A stretch of DNA of 45,785 nucleotides from Atractiella rhizophila (lineage: Eukaryota), in the NCBI GenBank assembly GCA_021432655.1, contig MU271549.1, positions 1-45,785 of the forward strand, in the 5' to 3' direction. Each line of letters starts with the position of its first letter. Position 1 is the first letter of the stretch. Shown in pieces: positions 12,529-24,951 of this stretch. The notes under the pieces are model-generated. The model saw only the letters and a program-made list of their open reading frames with translations, was not told the origin of the DNA and searched no databases. The translations under genes were made by a program, and so were the position numbers.

Positions 12529-13840
12529 TCAGCCAGTCCAAACAGCAGGACCGGGTTGGACGTAAGACGTTGGGATTGGCCAATAGATGTTGATGGTCAA
12601 CTAAAACAGGTTAAGCTTTGGTTCCGTTCCATGAAAGTTGAGATGCTCACCCCAGGATCCTGTTGTTGCCGTGTTAGTTACATTCGGTTCTTAGAAAAAG
12701 GTTCAGAATGCTCACGGTAGCTGAGTATACGCCGGGAATAGCGACCAGAGGTTCTACAAAGTACCATCAGATCAATGTGATGAAGAGCGAATAATCACGG
12801 ACTAGGAGTTCCTGATCCACCATTGTTGATTTGGATTTGTGCACAACCTAGCGTGGTAGACTTATGAGCGGACTTCTTTTTAACTTTGCTATGGGCAATG
12901 TACCGATGTAAAACTAATACCAGGTAAATCAGCTGGAGTTTGGGAAGAACGAGAGCGAACCTGAGGAGCACCGGCCGAGTGCAATGCGATGTGCTCTGCT
13001 CTCAACAAATATCTAAATTGTCAGGTTAGTCACCCATCAACGCAAAGAAAAGAAAACCTCACTGGCCAGAAGGCGTGGCAGCGGGGATCTTAAAGTTGAG
13101 GTTCTGCAAGCCTGTAGAAGAACATTACACAAACTTCCAGAAGGAGGTAAAAATCAGAACAAACCAAGGGCAGGAAACTGGATATTGTTCACACCATTTG
13201 GGTCAGCAATGGCCGAGATTTGAAAAATCTAAGACATTGTTCAGCCCAACGTCCAAACATGCAATCACTCGATGACCTTGAACCAGACCTTTGTGGCCCC
13301 CAACTTCAGCGAACTTCTTCGTAAAATAACAGGTTCACTTACAGCACCACTTCCATCCCAAGTAGTTACACTGCTTCCGCTAGGCACCTTTGCGAGGTAA
13401 ACATTGGCTACACCGGCGTGGTACCTACCAAGGTATCTTTCAGCCTTTTCTTCCGAAGGAAAAGTTACGACAAAAGTCTACAGGTTATCATCTGTCCAGA
13501 AGGTCACATTTGAGCCAGCATTGATGGCATACGGCGTCGAGCTGCTAGCAGTTCCTCCTGCTCCAGTGTAGCACCTAGTTCCCAGCCAATTAAATCAATA
13601 GAGCGGAACGCCATTAAGAGCAGCACCTCAAGTTGGGGTCAGTTACATCCGTAACCTGTGATCCATTTGATCAATAATCGTAACTGACACCTGATCGATG
13701 AGACACACCGGATTTCGAGAGTTATAGTTGTCAGTCCTGCGTACGACTTCCCAAGCAGCAGTGCTGTCGAGGTGAGGCCAAGTGTAGTGTGCCAGTGTCA
13801 ACAGAGGGAGAAATCCGATTAACAGAGTAAAGCGAAACAT
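12529..13840 (-). CDS. AA9 (GH61) lytic polysaccharide monooxygenase, intact, many small exons
   Basis: Signal peptide then mature His1 (TLA|HYTW), second His (YHAG), WFKV, YLLRAEHIALH, Q-FY axial Tyr, C-terminus NIYWPIPTSYVQPGPAVWTG*. Confidence 0.93.
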
Positions 13841-13906
13841 TGTTGTAAATCAGTTTCTGATCAGAAGCCGCAGAGGGACCTGTCCTTCGATGGAGAAAGT
13901 GCGCGC

Positions 13907-13914
13907 TTTTTATA
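13907..13914 (-). promoter_or_regulatory. Putative TATA box of AA9 gene 1
   Basis: TATAAAAA ~70 bp upstream of the ATG; context (atgctgacTATAAAAAgcgcgc) resembles that of the AA9 paralog at 23688. Confidence 0.45.
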
Positions 13915-14629
13915 GTCAGCATAACTCTTGCACATATTGTGAAGCTACCAGCTTGTGCATTTGCGATATTGATCAACCTGGCCATTTCCCCTCGTCCTCC
14001 CACTCGTTCCTTCACACGATGACCCCTTCGGTAACAAAATGTCTCTTCATTAGCGTCAGACATGTGCCATGGACCTGTGGACTAGCTGCAGGACGGCTAA
14101 TTTCTGAACTACCGCTCTTGTAACTGAATCCACTTCCCTCTTCCTGTTCGCAATTCGATGACGGTCTGGGGCAAGTGTGGGGTCAAATTTCACCAGGCAC
14201 CATTTGAGAGGCACGAGGGATGCACGAAACCGAGAGCAAAAATTTGCCGACAGATCTCTGGCATCGATCTCATTGCAGGAATTGAGTGATGTCCCGATTG
14301 GGATACAGAAATCTTATTATCAGCAGTGGTTCCAATTCGCAACAGCAACTCTCCTTCGCCCTCACAGCTGTCTGGGAAGGTCATGGACGGACCGGGCTTG
14401 CAGTTGCAATGGGTCCGCTGTGCCGCCTAGGACATGAGCTAAGACTGAAGATCGGCAAGCAGCTGATGTGTTGCCAGGAAATGTCAAGGAGTACGGAGGA
14501 TGTGGAAGACGGTGAGATTTTCATATCTCCATCAGCCATACAGCTCCTCTTGAGCCAACACATGACACCACAAACAGTATGACCCGCCTTCAGAAAGAGG
14601 CTACCTGAAGCGAAGTCTTGCTGCATAAT

Positions 14630-16595
14630 TCAGCCAGAAATAAGTCCGCGTTCCACTAACGCTCTCATACACCCGTCTTTCAGGGTGTTGACTACGTCGT
14701 CAAATCCCCCGTTCCGAAACGCTAACAAGAGTACCACCGCAACCAACCAATTCCACCTCCCTCTCCTCCTTTTCCTCCCACTTCTCAACCGCCCAATAGC
14801 GCTGAATCCGCTCTGAACGACACCCGTCACTCTCCGATGGAGAGCAAGAAAGCGCAATGCTGCTAGATAAGTGAGCGTGCGGACAAGGTCTCTCTTCCGC
14901 CGCCGCCCTTCTTCAGATCGATATCCGAAAAAAGGATTGCTCTCATGATATCGTCCCAACTCCTTCCTCCACGTAATTCTTCCCGCTCCGCTGTTGCCAC
15001 TAATTCCCTCAAGCGAAGTGCCCATTGAGGTGAAGGTCTCCTTACGACGCCGTCGCTGTGGGGAGGATGCCCGAGATTGTGCACGGGACGAAATGCGGGT
15101 GAGTGAGGCGTAGGATGTGGACGTGTGGTCTGGATGGGGGAGGGAGATGAGCCGAGTGGCGGGTGAAGAGCGTGCGGATGGATAAGCAGAGGGGTAGGCG
15201 GAACGGTCTCGAACTGTGGTATCGGATGCCGATTCATCGTCTGCGTCATCGTCCTCCTCCGAAGAATTCTCAGAAGAGGGAGTAGATCCACCATTCGGCT
15301 CAGGATATGAAATTCGCCGTTCTGTCGACTTGGACATGGTGTTGGTGTTCGAGAGGGACGAGGTGAGACGGGTCATGTTTAGCCAGCCGAGACGGCCACG
15401 TTGTGGCTTCGGAGAAGGTGGAACGGATAAGGAACGAGCTGGAGATGAAGTTGTCGCCGCAGAATAACTTGACGCGCGGGAAAGTGTGTGGTCCTGAGGT
15501 TCCTGAGTTAGAGGTTCTCCACCAAAAAGAGGGGACCCATGTCGTAATAGTATCGAATTAGTAGTCGAGAAGGTGTAATCCAATTCACCACCGTGCCCTG
15601 CACTAACTGCGTTAGACTCGTCGCGAGTTGCGGTCGAGACGCACTTTTCAGCAAATTCGATGGCTCAAAGAATTCTAGAAGTTCGGGTGTTTTGGGAAAG
15701 AGGATTCTAGCAATCACAGACTGAGGCAACAGCTTCTTCATGACTTGCCAGACTCCAGAATACATCCAACCGTAGTTCAAGATAAAGACTGCGGTTAATC
15801 GTTAGATACCTTCGTGAGGGTTAAGAAGTTAGAGACACACTTGCACCAACCATGCCAGGAAAATGTGACCGTAGCAGATCCAAGAAGAAAGGAAGCAACT
15901 CAACTTCCTGGTGCTACCGTTGGAACCTTCGAGTACAAGAGCAAAGAGAGCGTACCATATTCGACATCCCAGCCCCATCCAAATCCACAATCAACACCAT
16001 TTGCAGAACCTTCATATCCTCTCCTGCGATTTCAGAGAGATACCTTCTCCCCAGCTCCCACTGGAATGCTATGAACTCTTTCAAACCCTCCAAGCTTCCC
16101 TCCGGGTATCTCTTCACCTGCTTCACGTTGATGACTGCGCACGGTCGACCCCATTTGTCCTGGAGCTCGGGATGGTAGAACATGAGCGGCGAGCGAACGT
16201 AGAAGTGGATATCATCCTCTTCTTCCTCTGTAGTCGGGAATGGCACGACAGTGTCAACACTTGACTTGATGCGCCATTGAAGCGTGAAACGCAGTGCGGA
16301 CAAGGCGGCTGTCAGGTCGAACTTGCATTTTCGCAAGTGTCGGAAAATAGCCCCTTCGTCACCAGTCTATCATTTCCCAGCTTGAAGCAGCAAACAAAGG
16401 CAGCACACCTGTGTCTTCAAGATAGCTCTTCCCCCTTTCCCATAACTCCTCCTCATCCTCTTCTGGACTGTTTAACTCTGCTATTAGTTCCGGTAGGAGC
16501 TTCTTGAGTGCTGTTTCTTGCAGTTCTGTTACGAGTGTTGAGTTTGAAGCATACTGTTCAACTATTTGCGCCTGATACGTAGCCAGGAAGCTCAT
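14630..16595 (-). CDS. CRAL-TRIO/Sec14 lipid-binding domain protein with Ser/Arg-rich C-terminal region
   Basis: FRHLRKCKFD..TLQWR, DKWGRP, VLIVDLDGAG, HFPGMVG, NYGWMYSGVWQVMKKLLPQSVIARILF and HGGELDY. Confidence 0.88.
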
Positions 16596-16940
16596 GGTTG
16601 TTTGTTCGCTTTCGGCCCAAATCTTGCGCGAAATTCACGTGCACAACCCTCCCGAAGGGTACGTACGTCACGTCCTCAAATGACTATAGGACGAATGTTG
16701 GAAGCTGCAGAAACAGCATAATAGAGCAGACATGGTACAAGATAGCATGACTTGGATAGACCGAAAGCGAACATAAATATCATATTTCGTTGCTCAGAAA
16801 TCGGTGAGCCCATGTTTCTCTGATAAGGAAAATGGTGGGAAAGGGGTCAATTGCTTCCCGCTTTCGCTTCTTTCGCCATCATCAGTACCACCACATTCGT
16901 TCCCCTTTCCTTTAATATTTGAAGCATTTTAATATCCACT

Positions 16941-19900
16941 ATGCTCTGTTCTTGCGGTGTCGCTCTGCCTCCAGAACACGAATCTGAATCAATCTACTGC
17001 TCCTCCCACTGTGCCCTTGCGGATTCACTCAAAATGTTGACGGGCAACGGCGGCGGGAAGTTTCTTTCGAAGAAGAAGTCTCAAGGGATGTCACATTATA
17101 GGAGGGTCGTGATAGAGGAAGAGAAGAGGGTCATGGAAGAGAAGAGAGAAGAGAAGCAGGAGAGGAGGAAGAGGGCTTTAACAACGGTAGTGAGGAACGT
17201 GACAAATGCTACGAGGTTTTGGAAGGAGGATCTTGACGAAGCTATTGGAACGAAGCAAGAGAGGCGGAAAGCCGTAACTCCACAGACCAAGGAGGCTCCA
17301 AAGGCTTTCGATCACTCCCCTTTGCCGGAGCTTCGCCTCACACAGCTACCAGCTCTTCCCTCGATTCCCGTCTCTTCCGCTTTCGACGACTTTTCTGGCT
17401 CCGAAACCAATTCTCCCTTACTGCAGTCTCCCATGACGGATCAAGGCGTTCCTCCTTCACCGTGCGCTGAACCACTATCTAGCTCTTCAACCTCAGCGTC
17501 TATGACCTCAATTGATCCCTCTGACTTCTCAGCTTGCCCTTCACTCCCTTCGTTCACTCCTCAACCATCGTGGTTCTCTTCTTCCGCCGATGGCGGGGTC
17601 GAAGGAGGCGATTTGAGAAAAGGGTTGGGATTTTTGGGGTTGTCGAATAGCCGGACTTGCTCTTCCGTTGACTCTGTCGGACTGAAGAGGCACTCTAAAA
17701 TTGAAACTATGGCATCGTTTGGAGCGCGGGATGGTCTGTTCCACTTTCCTTTCACTACAAGGATGCTGAATAATGGATCCTTGACTAGTTTCTCAAGCGA
17801 ATGTACCGGCCCCAACTACTAACCTCATATCCTCTCTCTCCAACGTCAGTATATTCAGCTCTCCTTCCTCCATTAGACTTTTCGATTTTTCCAAGTTCCC
17901 GCAGCCCCCGGTGTCTCCTCACGTTGTTTCCTCTTCTGGTGAAACATCTAAACCTTTGAGCCCTTCGACACCATATGTACTGGATACTCCAACCCTCGAC
18001 TCCCTTGTCGAGTCGAAATCCGANNNNNNNNNNNNNNNNNNNNNNNNNNNNNNNNNNNNNNNNNNNNNNNNNNNNNNNNNNNNNNNNNNNNNNNNNNNNN
18101 NNNNNNNNNNNNNNNNNNNNNNNNNNNNNNNNNNNNNNNNNNNNNNNNNNNNNNNNNNNNNNNNNNNNNNNNNNNNNNNNNNNNNNNNNNNNNNNNNNNN
18201 NNNNNNNNNNNNNNNNNNNNNNNNNNNNNNNNNNNNNNNNNNNNNNNNNNNNNNNNNNNNNNNNNNNNNNNNNNNNNNNNNNNNNNNNNNNNNNNNNNNN
18301 NNNNNNNNNNNNNNNNNNNNNNNNNNNNNNNNNNNNNNNNNNNNNNNNNNNNNNNNNNNNNNNNNNNNNNNNNNNNNNNNNNNNNNNNNNNNNNNNNNNN
18401 NNNNNNNNNNNNNNNNNNNNNNNNNNNNNNNNNNNNNNNNNNNNNNNNNNNNNNNNNNNNNNNNNNNNNNNNNNNNNNNNNNNNNNNNNNNNNNNNNNNN
18501 NNNNNNNNNNNNNNNNNNNNNNNNNNNNNNNNNNNNNNNNNNNNNNNNNNNNNNNNNNNNNNNNNNNNNNNNNNNNNNNNNNNNNNNNNNNNNNNNNNNN
18601 NNNNNNNNNNNNNNNNNNNNNNNNNNNNNNNNNNNNNNNNNNNNNNNNNNNNNNNNNNNNNNNNNNNNNNNNNNNNNNNNNNNNNNNNNNNNNNNNNNNN
18701 NNNNNNNNNNNNNNNNNNNNNNNNNGGTAGGAGCTTCTTGAGTGCTGTTTCTTGCAGTTCTGTTACGAGTGTTGAGTTTGAAGCATACTGTTCAACTATT
18801 TGCGCCTGATACGTAGCCAGGAAGCTCATGGTTGTTTGTTTCGCTTTCGGCCCAAATCTTGCGCGAAATTCATGTGCACAACCCTCCCGAAGGGTACGTA
18901 CGTCACGTCCTCAAAGATAATGACAATAGGCCGAATGTTGGAATCTGCGGAGCATAATAGAGCAGACATGGTACAAGATAGCATGGCTTGGATAGACCGA
19001 AAAGAGGGCATAAATAGCATTTTTTCGTTGTTCAGAAATCGGTGAGCCTATATTTCTCTGATAAGGAATGGTGGGAAAGGGGTCAATTGCTTCCCGCTTT
19101 CGCTTCCCGCTTCTTTCGCCATCATCAGTACCACCACATTCGTTCCCCTCATACGTTCCTTTAATATTTGAAGCATTTTAATATCCATTATGCACTGTTC
19201 CTGCGGAGTCGCTCTGCCTGCAGAACACGAATCCGAATCCATCTACTGCTCCTCCCACTGTGCCCTTGCGGATTCACTCAAAATGTTGACGGGCAACGGC
19301 GGCGGGAAGTTTCTTTCGAAGAAGAAGTCTCAAGGGATGTCNNNNNNNNNNNNNNNNNNNNNNNNNNNNNNNNNNNNNNNNNNNNNNNNNNNNNNNNNNN
19401 NNNNNNNNNNNNNNNNNNNNNNNNNNNNNNNNNNNNNNNNNNNNNNNNNNNNNNNNNNNNNNNNNNNNNNNNNNNNNNNNNNNNNNNNNNNNNNNNNNNN
19501 NNNNNNNNNNNNNNNNNNNNNNNNNNNNNNNNNNNNNNNNNNNNNNNNNNNNNNNNNNNNNNNNNNNNNNNNNNNNNNNNNNNNNNNNNNNNNNNNNNNN
19601 NNNNNNNNNNNNNNNNNNNNNNNNNNNNNNNNNNNNNNNNNNNNNNNNNNNNNNNNNNNNNNNNNNNNNNNNNNNNNNNNNNNNNNNNNNNNNNNNNNNN
19701 NNNNNNNNNNNNNNNNNNNNNNNNNNNNNNNNNNNNNNNNNNNNNNNNNNNNNNNNNNNNNNNNNNNNNNNNNNNNNNNNNNNNNNNNNNNNNNNNNNNN
19801 NNNNNNNNNNNNNNNNNNNNNNNNNNNNNNNNNNNNNNNNNNNNNNNNNNNNNNNNNNNNNNNNNNNNNNNNNNNNNNNNNNNNNNNNNNNNNNNNNNNN

Positions 19901-20354
19901 NNNNNNNNNNNNNNNNNNNNNNNNNNNNNNNNNNNNNNNNNNNNNNNNNNNNNNNNNNNNNNNNNNNNNNNNNNNNNNNNNNNNNNNNNNNNNNNNNNNN
20001 NNNNNNNNNNNNNNNNNNNNNNNNNNNNNNNNNNNNNNNNNNNNNNNNNNNNNNNNNNNNNCTAAACCTTTGAGCCCTTCGACACCATATGTACTGGATA
20101 CTCCAACCCTCGACTCCCTTGTCGAGTCGAAATCCGACCTTTCAACTCAGCTAAGTGAGATCCTGAATGGTTTAGGAGTTGAGGAAGAAGGAGAGAAGGC
20201 GTTTAGGTTCATCACTGATGATCTTGCTTTGTCTCCTACCCTGACGGCGCAGAGGGTGGCGGTAAAACCCCTTAGATTGGATGGGAGGAGGATGGCTTTG
20301 ACCAATCAGAATTTAGCAGAAATGAGGAGAGTGACAGCAATTGGTCGACTATGA
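16941..20354 (+). CDS. Hypothetical protein with N-terminal Ecl1-like Cys motif; split by assembly gaps (likely true locus 16941-18023 + 20138-20354)
   Basis: CSCG...IYCSSHCALAD motif followed by a coiled-coil and an S/P-rich region. 17948-18023 is repeated exactly at 20062-20137 across the gaps. Splicing near 17730-17880 unresolved. Confidence 0.6.
18024..18725. other. Assembly gap (N run)
   Basis: Run of n characters. Confidence 1.
18726..19341 (+). repeat. Diverged second copy of 16492-17092 (probable alternate haplotype)
   Basis: Collinear copy of the CRAL-TRIO 5' end, the shared promoter and the Ecl1-like 5' end, with SNPs and small indels; flanked by N gaps. Confidence 0.9.
19342..20061. 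other. Assembly gap (N run)
   Basis: Run of n characters. Confidence 1.
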
Positions 20355-20729
20355 ACAGGTTTCACCGTTGTGGAGGCGTGATTTGGTTTGATTAACTTTC
20401 CTTTCCTAGTTTCTCCTTGATGGTCTGCTTCGTGGACACAAAGTGATAGCTACTTTATTCGATTGCACCTTGTCTCATTCTAACTACATCAAGTTGTTAT
20501 AGACCGAAGAATGTTGTCGTACTTGTATGACATGTGCACACAATATAAAACTTTCTTTTGCCATTATTTTCCCCTCTTACTATCTTGTCAAGAAATGTCC
20601 AGAGCAATCTTCTCCTCCAACAAGTGCATTTAACTTGCAGTCAAATGGAAATGGGAAATGAAGGAAAACTCAGAAGAGTAAGACTCAGAAGAACTGACTG
20701 GACGCAAACGCAGATGTAAAATGCGCCAT

Positions 20730-20741
20730 ACGCGAACGCGT
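20730..20741 (+). promoter_or_regulatory. Tandem MCB-like elements (ACGCGA-ACGCGT) upstream of UNG1
   Basis: MluI cell-cycle box ~120 bp upstream of a DNA-repair gene ATG. Confidence 0.45.
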
Positions 20742-20860
20742 CGCAAACTAAGTTGAAACAAACAGTATATTAAGTCAACATCTTCTTCCACCAAAACCGC
20801 CACCAAAACCACCAACACATCTCTTCTTTAGCCTTCAAACGCCACTTCCACCCACCAAAG

Positions 20861-22265
20861 ATGAGCGACGAGCCTTTCGAGTACGACGAGTCCCTCATTT
20901 CCATAAAGAAGCCTTCTACTACGGCCTCCACGTCCGTCACCAAAACCGCGTCTAAGAGCGGCAAAGGGCCTGGGAAGACGTCTACGTCGACGACAGTAGG
21001 CGTGAAGCGTCAGCTTTCGCTCACTGCCATGTTTGGTACCACCTCTACTTCATCTGGGGCCGCGAAGAAGCAGCGCGTCTTGGGACCCAAGTTCTCCTAT
21101 GACTCCTACTTGTCGAGTCTTTCCGAGAGGGAGAAGGAGCTGTTAGAGCTGGAGACGGACAAGAAGATTGGGATCGGGAAGGGTTGGTTACAGCGCGGTT
21201 TGGGAGAGGAAATTAGAAAGAAATATTTCCTAGACCTTAAGGAGTTCCTGAAGAGTGAGCAGAGCTCGAAACAGGTCGTTTATCCGCCTAAAGAAGGTAC
21301 TTTGTCCATTTTCTATTCATGAAGGGGAGGTTTGAGATGCGGAGAGCAGATATCTATTCTTGGTCGAGATTCACGCCGCTTGAGAGCATCAGGGTGTGCA
21401 TCATTGGTCCGTCCGACACTACCCATGTTCTAGAAGAGCTCTGCTAACGAAGGTATCAGGTCAAGATCCATACCACGGACCACGTCAAGCTCACGGCCTC
21501 TGCTTCTCTGTTCGTTCAGTGGTCGACAAACCCCCTTCCTTGAGGAACATATTCCAAGAGATCAATGCTGAGTATGGCACACCAGAAAATAAATTTGCCC
21601 CCAACCATGGGTGCGTTCAATCCCCCAGAGTTCAATCGGAAAGTAATCCAGTGCGCAGATATCTGGGCAGTTGGGCAGCGAATGGAGTGCTCCTGCTCAA
21701 TACTTGTCTGACTGTCAGAGGAGGTCAAGCTAATAGCCACTCGAAGAAAGGGTGGGAGCAGTTTACGGATGTAGGCAATTCCTTTTCCTCTGAAGCAAAG
21801 CTGATAGGTAGATCCCCAGGCTGTTCTAAAACTTGTCGATAAGCACGGGGGGAGGAATGGGAAGGGCGTCGTCTTCATGGCTTGGGGAACACCGGCGCAA
21901 AAGCGATGTGCTGGCTTAGACAAGGTCTGTTTCATTCTTCTCCTTTCCTTCTTGTAGTCACAGCTAAGATACTTATGTAGAAAAAGCATCTTATACTCCA
22001 ATCCGCACATCCGTCACCTCTCTCTGTTCATCGAGGTTTCTCTGGAAATGGACACTTTAAGAAGGCTAACGATTGGTTGGAGAATAAGTACGGTGTCGAG
22101 AGTGTGATTGATTGGACAGAGTTGAAAAAGGAAGATGGAGTGAGAGTACCTCTCGCTGATGATGATGGGGAAGAGGAAAAGGAAGAGGAAGACAAGAAGG
22201 AAGACAAGAAGAAGGAAGACAAGAAGGAAGGGAAGAAGGAACAGAAGAAGGAACCACTTGCTTGA
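20861..22265 (+). CDS. UNG1: Uracil-DNA glycosylase (family 1), multi-exon
   Basis: [45 protein letters not shown] and GFSGNGHF motifs. Confidence 0.96.
22161..22255 (+). repeat. Purine-rich coding low-complexity repeat ([12 protein letters not shown])
   Basis: Repeated gaagacaagaag-type units in the UNG1 C-terminal tail. Confidence 0.8.
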
Positions 22266-22360
22266 TCATTTGCGCATTTCACATATTCTTCAGTTCATGG
22301 ATCCGTTTGCAGTCTCATTAAATGTACAGTATCTATCGTGCAATCGGTCAAATACCCATA

Positions 22361-22825
22361 TCATGCCCCAAAATCTAATTCGATGCCAGCTGAGACTTTT
22401 TCCAAGTGCTGGCTCTGGAGTCCAATCAGATTTGGACCTTCCTCATCGAAGGAAAGCTCACTTCTATGAGTATGGGACCGATAGCGGGACCCTGCTGGCT
22501 GGTCTTTTTGCTTGCCTTTATATTACTCTTCTTCTTCTCCTCTAACGAGCGATGGATCGCTTCAACTGTGAAAAGCCGTAGGTATTCAGCGGACAGAGCC
22601 AGCGCATCGTCCGACACTGCATCACACTCTGTTAGACTCTCTAAGTGAAAGGACATCTAGGTAAATTAACCGCGTGGGTTACCCTCGAATGATTGCTTGA
22701 ACACTTCACGGACCAACGCCTGCTCACCAATGAAGTCAGTGATGGGGATGAGGCAAAGATGAGTGATGAGCTGAGCGGACAATACTGTAACTTGGGAGTT
22801 TCTCTGGTACAGTTGAGTCGTCCAT
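22361..22825 (-). CDS. MHF2: CENP-X / MHF2 histone-fold protein, copy 1
   Basis: LVREVFKQSF, VSDDALALSAEYLRLFTVEAIHRS and C-terminal HLEKVSAGIELDF match the CENP-X pattern; spliced. Confidence 0.85.
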
Positions 22826-23687
22826 GTTAATATACAGCTAAAACATGCGACTGTTTGACATTCAATATTCAACGAAGGCCTTTGTAACCTTGTTACGACG
22901 TGAAGCGTTGTTGGCGGAGAGGCGGTACCGACCACTTACGTGGTTCCTTCGCATTCGAGACCATAGGCTCTGCTCTTTATTTTCTAGAATATTGCACTCA
23001 GACAGAAAGAACCTGTGCAGAAGTCCTTGTATGAAAACAAGCCAGGCGCGTCAAATCGAGCATGCATAACTAATTCGTGCCTGAGATCCTGAGATCTGAG
23101 ACTGACCACCTTCCATGGATGTGTGCAAATCATCTACTTTGTATGTCATGTGGCAACCGGAACTACAATACTCTCTGTGTTGAATGGGGTCATGAAAAGC
23201 CTTCTTTAGGATTGGAGCGCAGAAAACAAAACGTTCAGGATGATGCCTTCATGCTGATGCATGCAGAACTCCAGCCTCATATCGACATGTTCTTGTATCT
23301 CGTGGATGTGCTCCAATGAGGCTTGCTGTAACATATCCTCCTGTTGAGAAGCTATGCCTCCTAGTTGTGCTTTGCGGATCAAACATTTTGTCATCCTGCT
23401 TTCGTGGGTGTGATATGGCGTGGTCGACTCAATGGGCGACCTCATGCCCAGTCCTTAGCTTGATCGATGACTTTTGCGGCTGACATCGACCCATCTCATC
23501 TATCACTCCGATTTAGCCGGCCCAGAGATATTGCAGAGAAGACCCTTGTGTGGATAATAGCTGGAATTGTGTGGGGATATGGGAAAGTGGCATTTGTTGA
23601 GCGCTTAGTGCGCATGATCATGCAACTCACGGAAACCCACTAACTCGAGAGAGAAAGATTTCGACAGCTGCAGCCGAATGCTGGTGG

Positions 23688-23694
23688 TATAAAA
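23688..23694 (+). promoter_or_regulatory. Putative TATA box of AA9 gene 2
   Basis: TATAAAA ~50 bp upstream of ATG 23744. Confidence 0.45.
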
Positions 23695-23743
23695 GCACGC
23701 TAAGGAGCGTTGCTAGCATTACAGTTGGTGGGACATTTTTACC

Positions 23744-24901
23744 ATGTTGTCTTTCACTTTCACAGCGATTCTCCTTGCGCTCCACAGCGTTTCTGCTCAT
23801 TACACTTGGCCTTCTATCTCTGGTCCGTCAAACGTTTTATGTTTTATTTCTCGCTCACAACCATTGTAGGAACTGCCAATTGGGAAGTCGTAAGAAGAAC
23901 TAATAACTACAACACTCAAAATCCGGTTAGTTGCAGTTCTTGATTTGACTGGAAGAAACAGCCACTCAAGTCCAGTTAAGGTTGAGGATATAACAAGCAC
24001 TGACCTGCGCTGTTACACCAGCGATGGTGATGACCTCCGGTGGCCTGTTTTCTTTATGGCTAACGAAATCCTAGGAGGAACCGCCTCCGGCATTTACACA
24101 GTCGCCGCTGGAAGTTCTATCACAATGGTCCCTTCTACAGAGTGAGCGGGGTTGAGGCCCTACTTCATTGCTTACGCTGCTGATTATTTCATAGCCTTTA
24201 TCACATTGGAGTGCGTCGCAGATCCGGTCAGACCTTGGTCAAGCGTGTTGATCTATTTCTATGCAGGTTGTGAACGTCTACCTCGCGAAAGTACCCACTG
24301 GTGGCGATGTTACTACTTGGCCTGGCAATGGCACGGTCAGCTGGTATGGTCCGCTTCAAGCGCCTTTCTAATCTGGAGCAGGTTTGGTTCAAAATATACC
24401 AGATCACTGCGATCGCTGATCCTGCCGGGCAAGCGTCTCTTCAATGGCCTGCAGAGCGTGAGCATTCTCTGTTAACATCGGATCAGGCTGAAAGAGCACA
24501 GATCTGACGAGTATCACGTTCAAAATCCCCGCCGCTACTCCCCCTGGAGAGTACGTCGTCTCAAATTGGAATCATCAATGTTGGACTGACTGTGTGATAG
24601 CTATCTACTTCGACCTGAGGTTTGTCAAACTGCGCAATGCGGAAAGACACTGAGATCGTACACTCGCATAGCATATTGCTCTTCACGTCGCTAATGCTCC
24701 TCAATTCTACCTGAGTTGTGCACAAATTAGGGTGACCGGTATGCATTCAATGGAATCGCACTTCAAAACTCATTGTTTGGTTCACAGGCAGCGGAAATGG
24801 CACGCCCTCGCCTTTGGTCGCCATCCCTGGCGTTTATTCCAAGTCCGATCCAGGTATGTCGCTGCGCCGAGTTGAACTGTGTACTCAAATTCTTTCTAGG
24901 C

Positions 24902-24906
<5 letters not shown>
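23744..24906 (+). CDS. AA9 LPMO paralog 2, intact exons but cut off at the A40 run (3' end missing)
   Basis: MLSF..SVSA|HYTWP, LRCY, LYHIG, NVYLAKVP, WFKIY, HIALHVANAPQFYLSCAQ, VAIPGVYSKSDPG; sequence ends a few bases into the penultimate exon. Confidence 0.85.

Positions 24907-24946
<40 letters not shown>
24907..24946 (+). repeat. A40 homopolymer at the duplication junction
   Basis: 40 consecutive A's joining the AA9 exon to sequence identical to 22262 onward. Confidence 0.95.

Positions 24947-24951
<5 letters not shown>

Noticed and set aside
1539..13840. Biosynthetic or carbohydrate-utilisation gene cluster (UGT, transporter, LPMO)
   Set aside because: No backbone synthase or regulator; interspersed with housekeeping genes.
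17911..20073. Long X-containing ORFs
   Set aside because: They run through N gaps.
10596..22265. Deaminase + UNG as a mutator or editing system
   Set aside because: The genes are ~10 kb apart with unrelated genes between them; the deaminase looks Rib2-type (metabolic), not AID/APOBEC-like.
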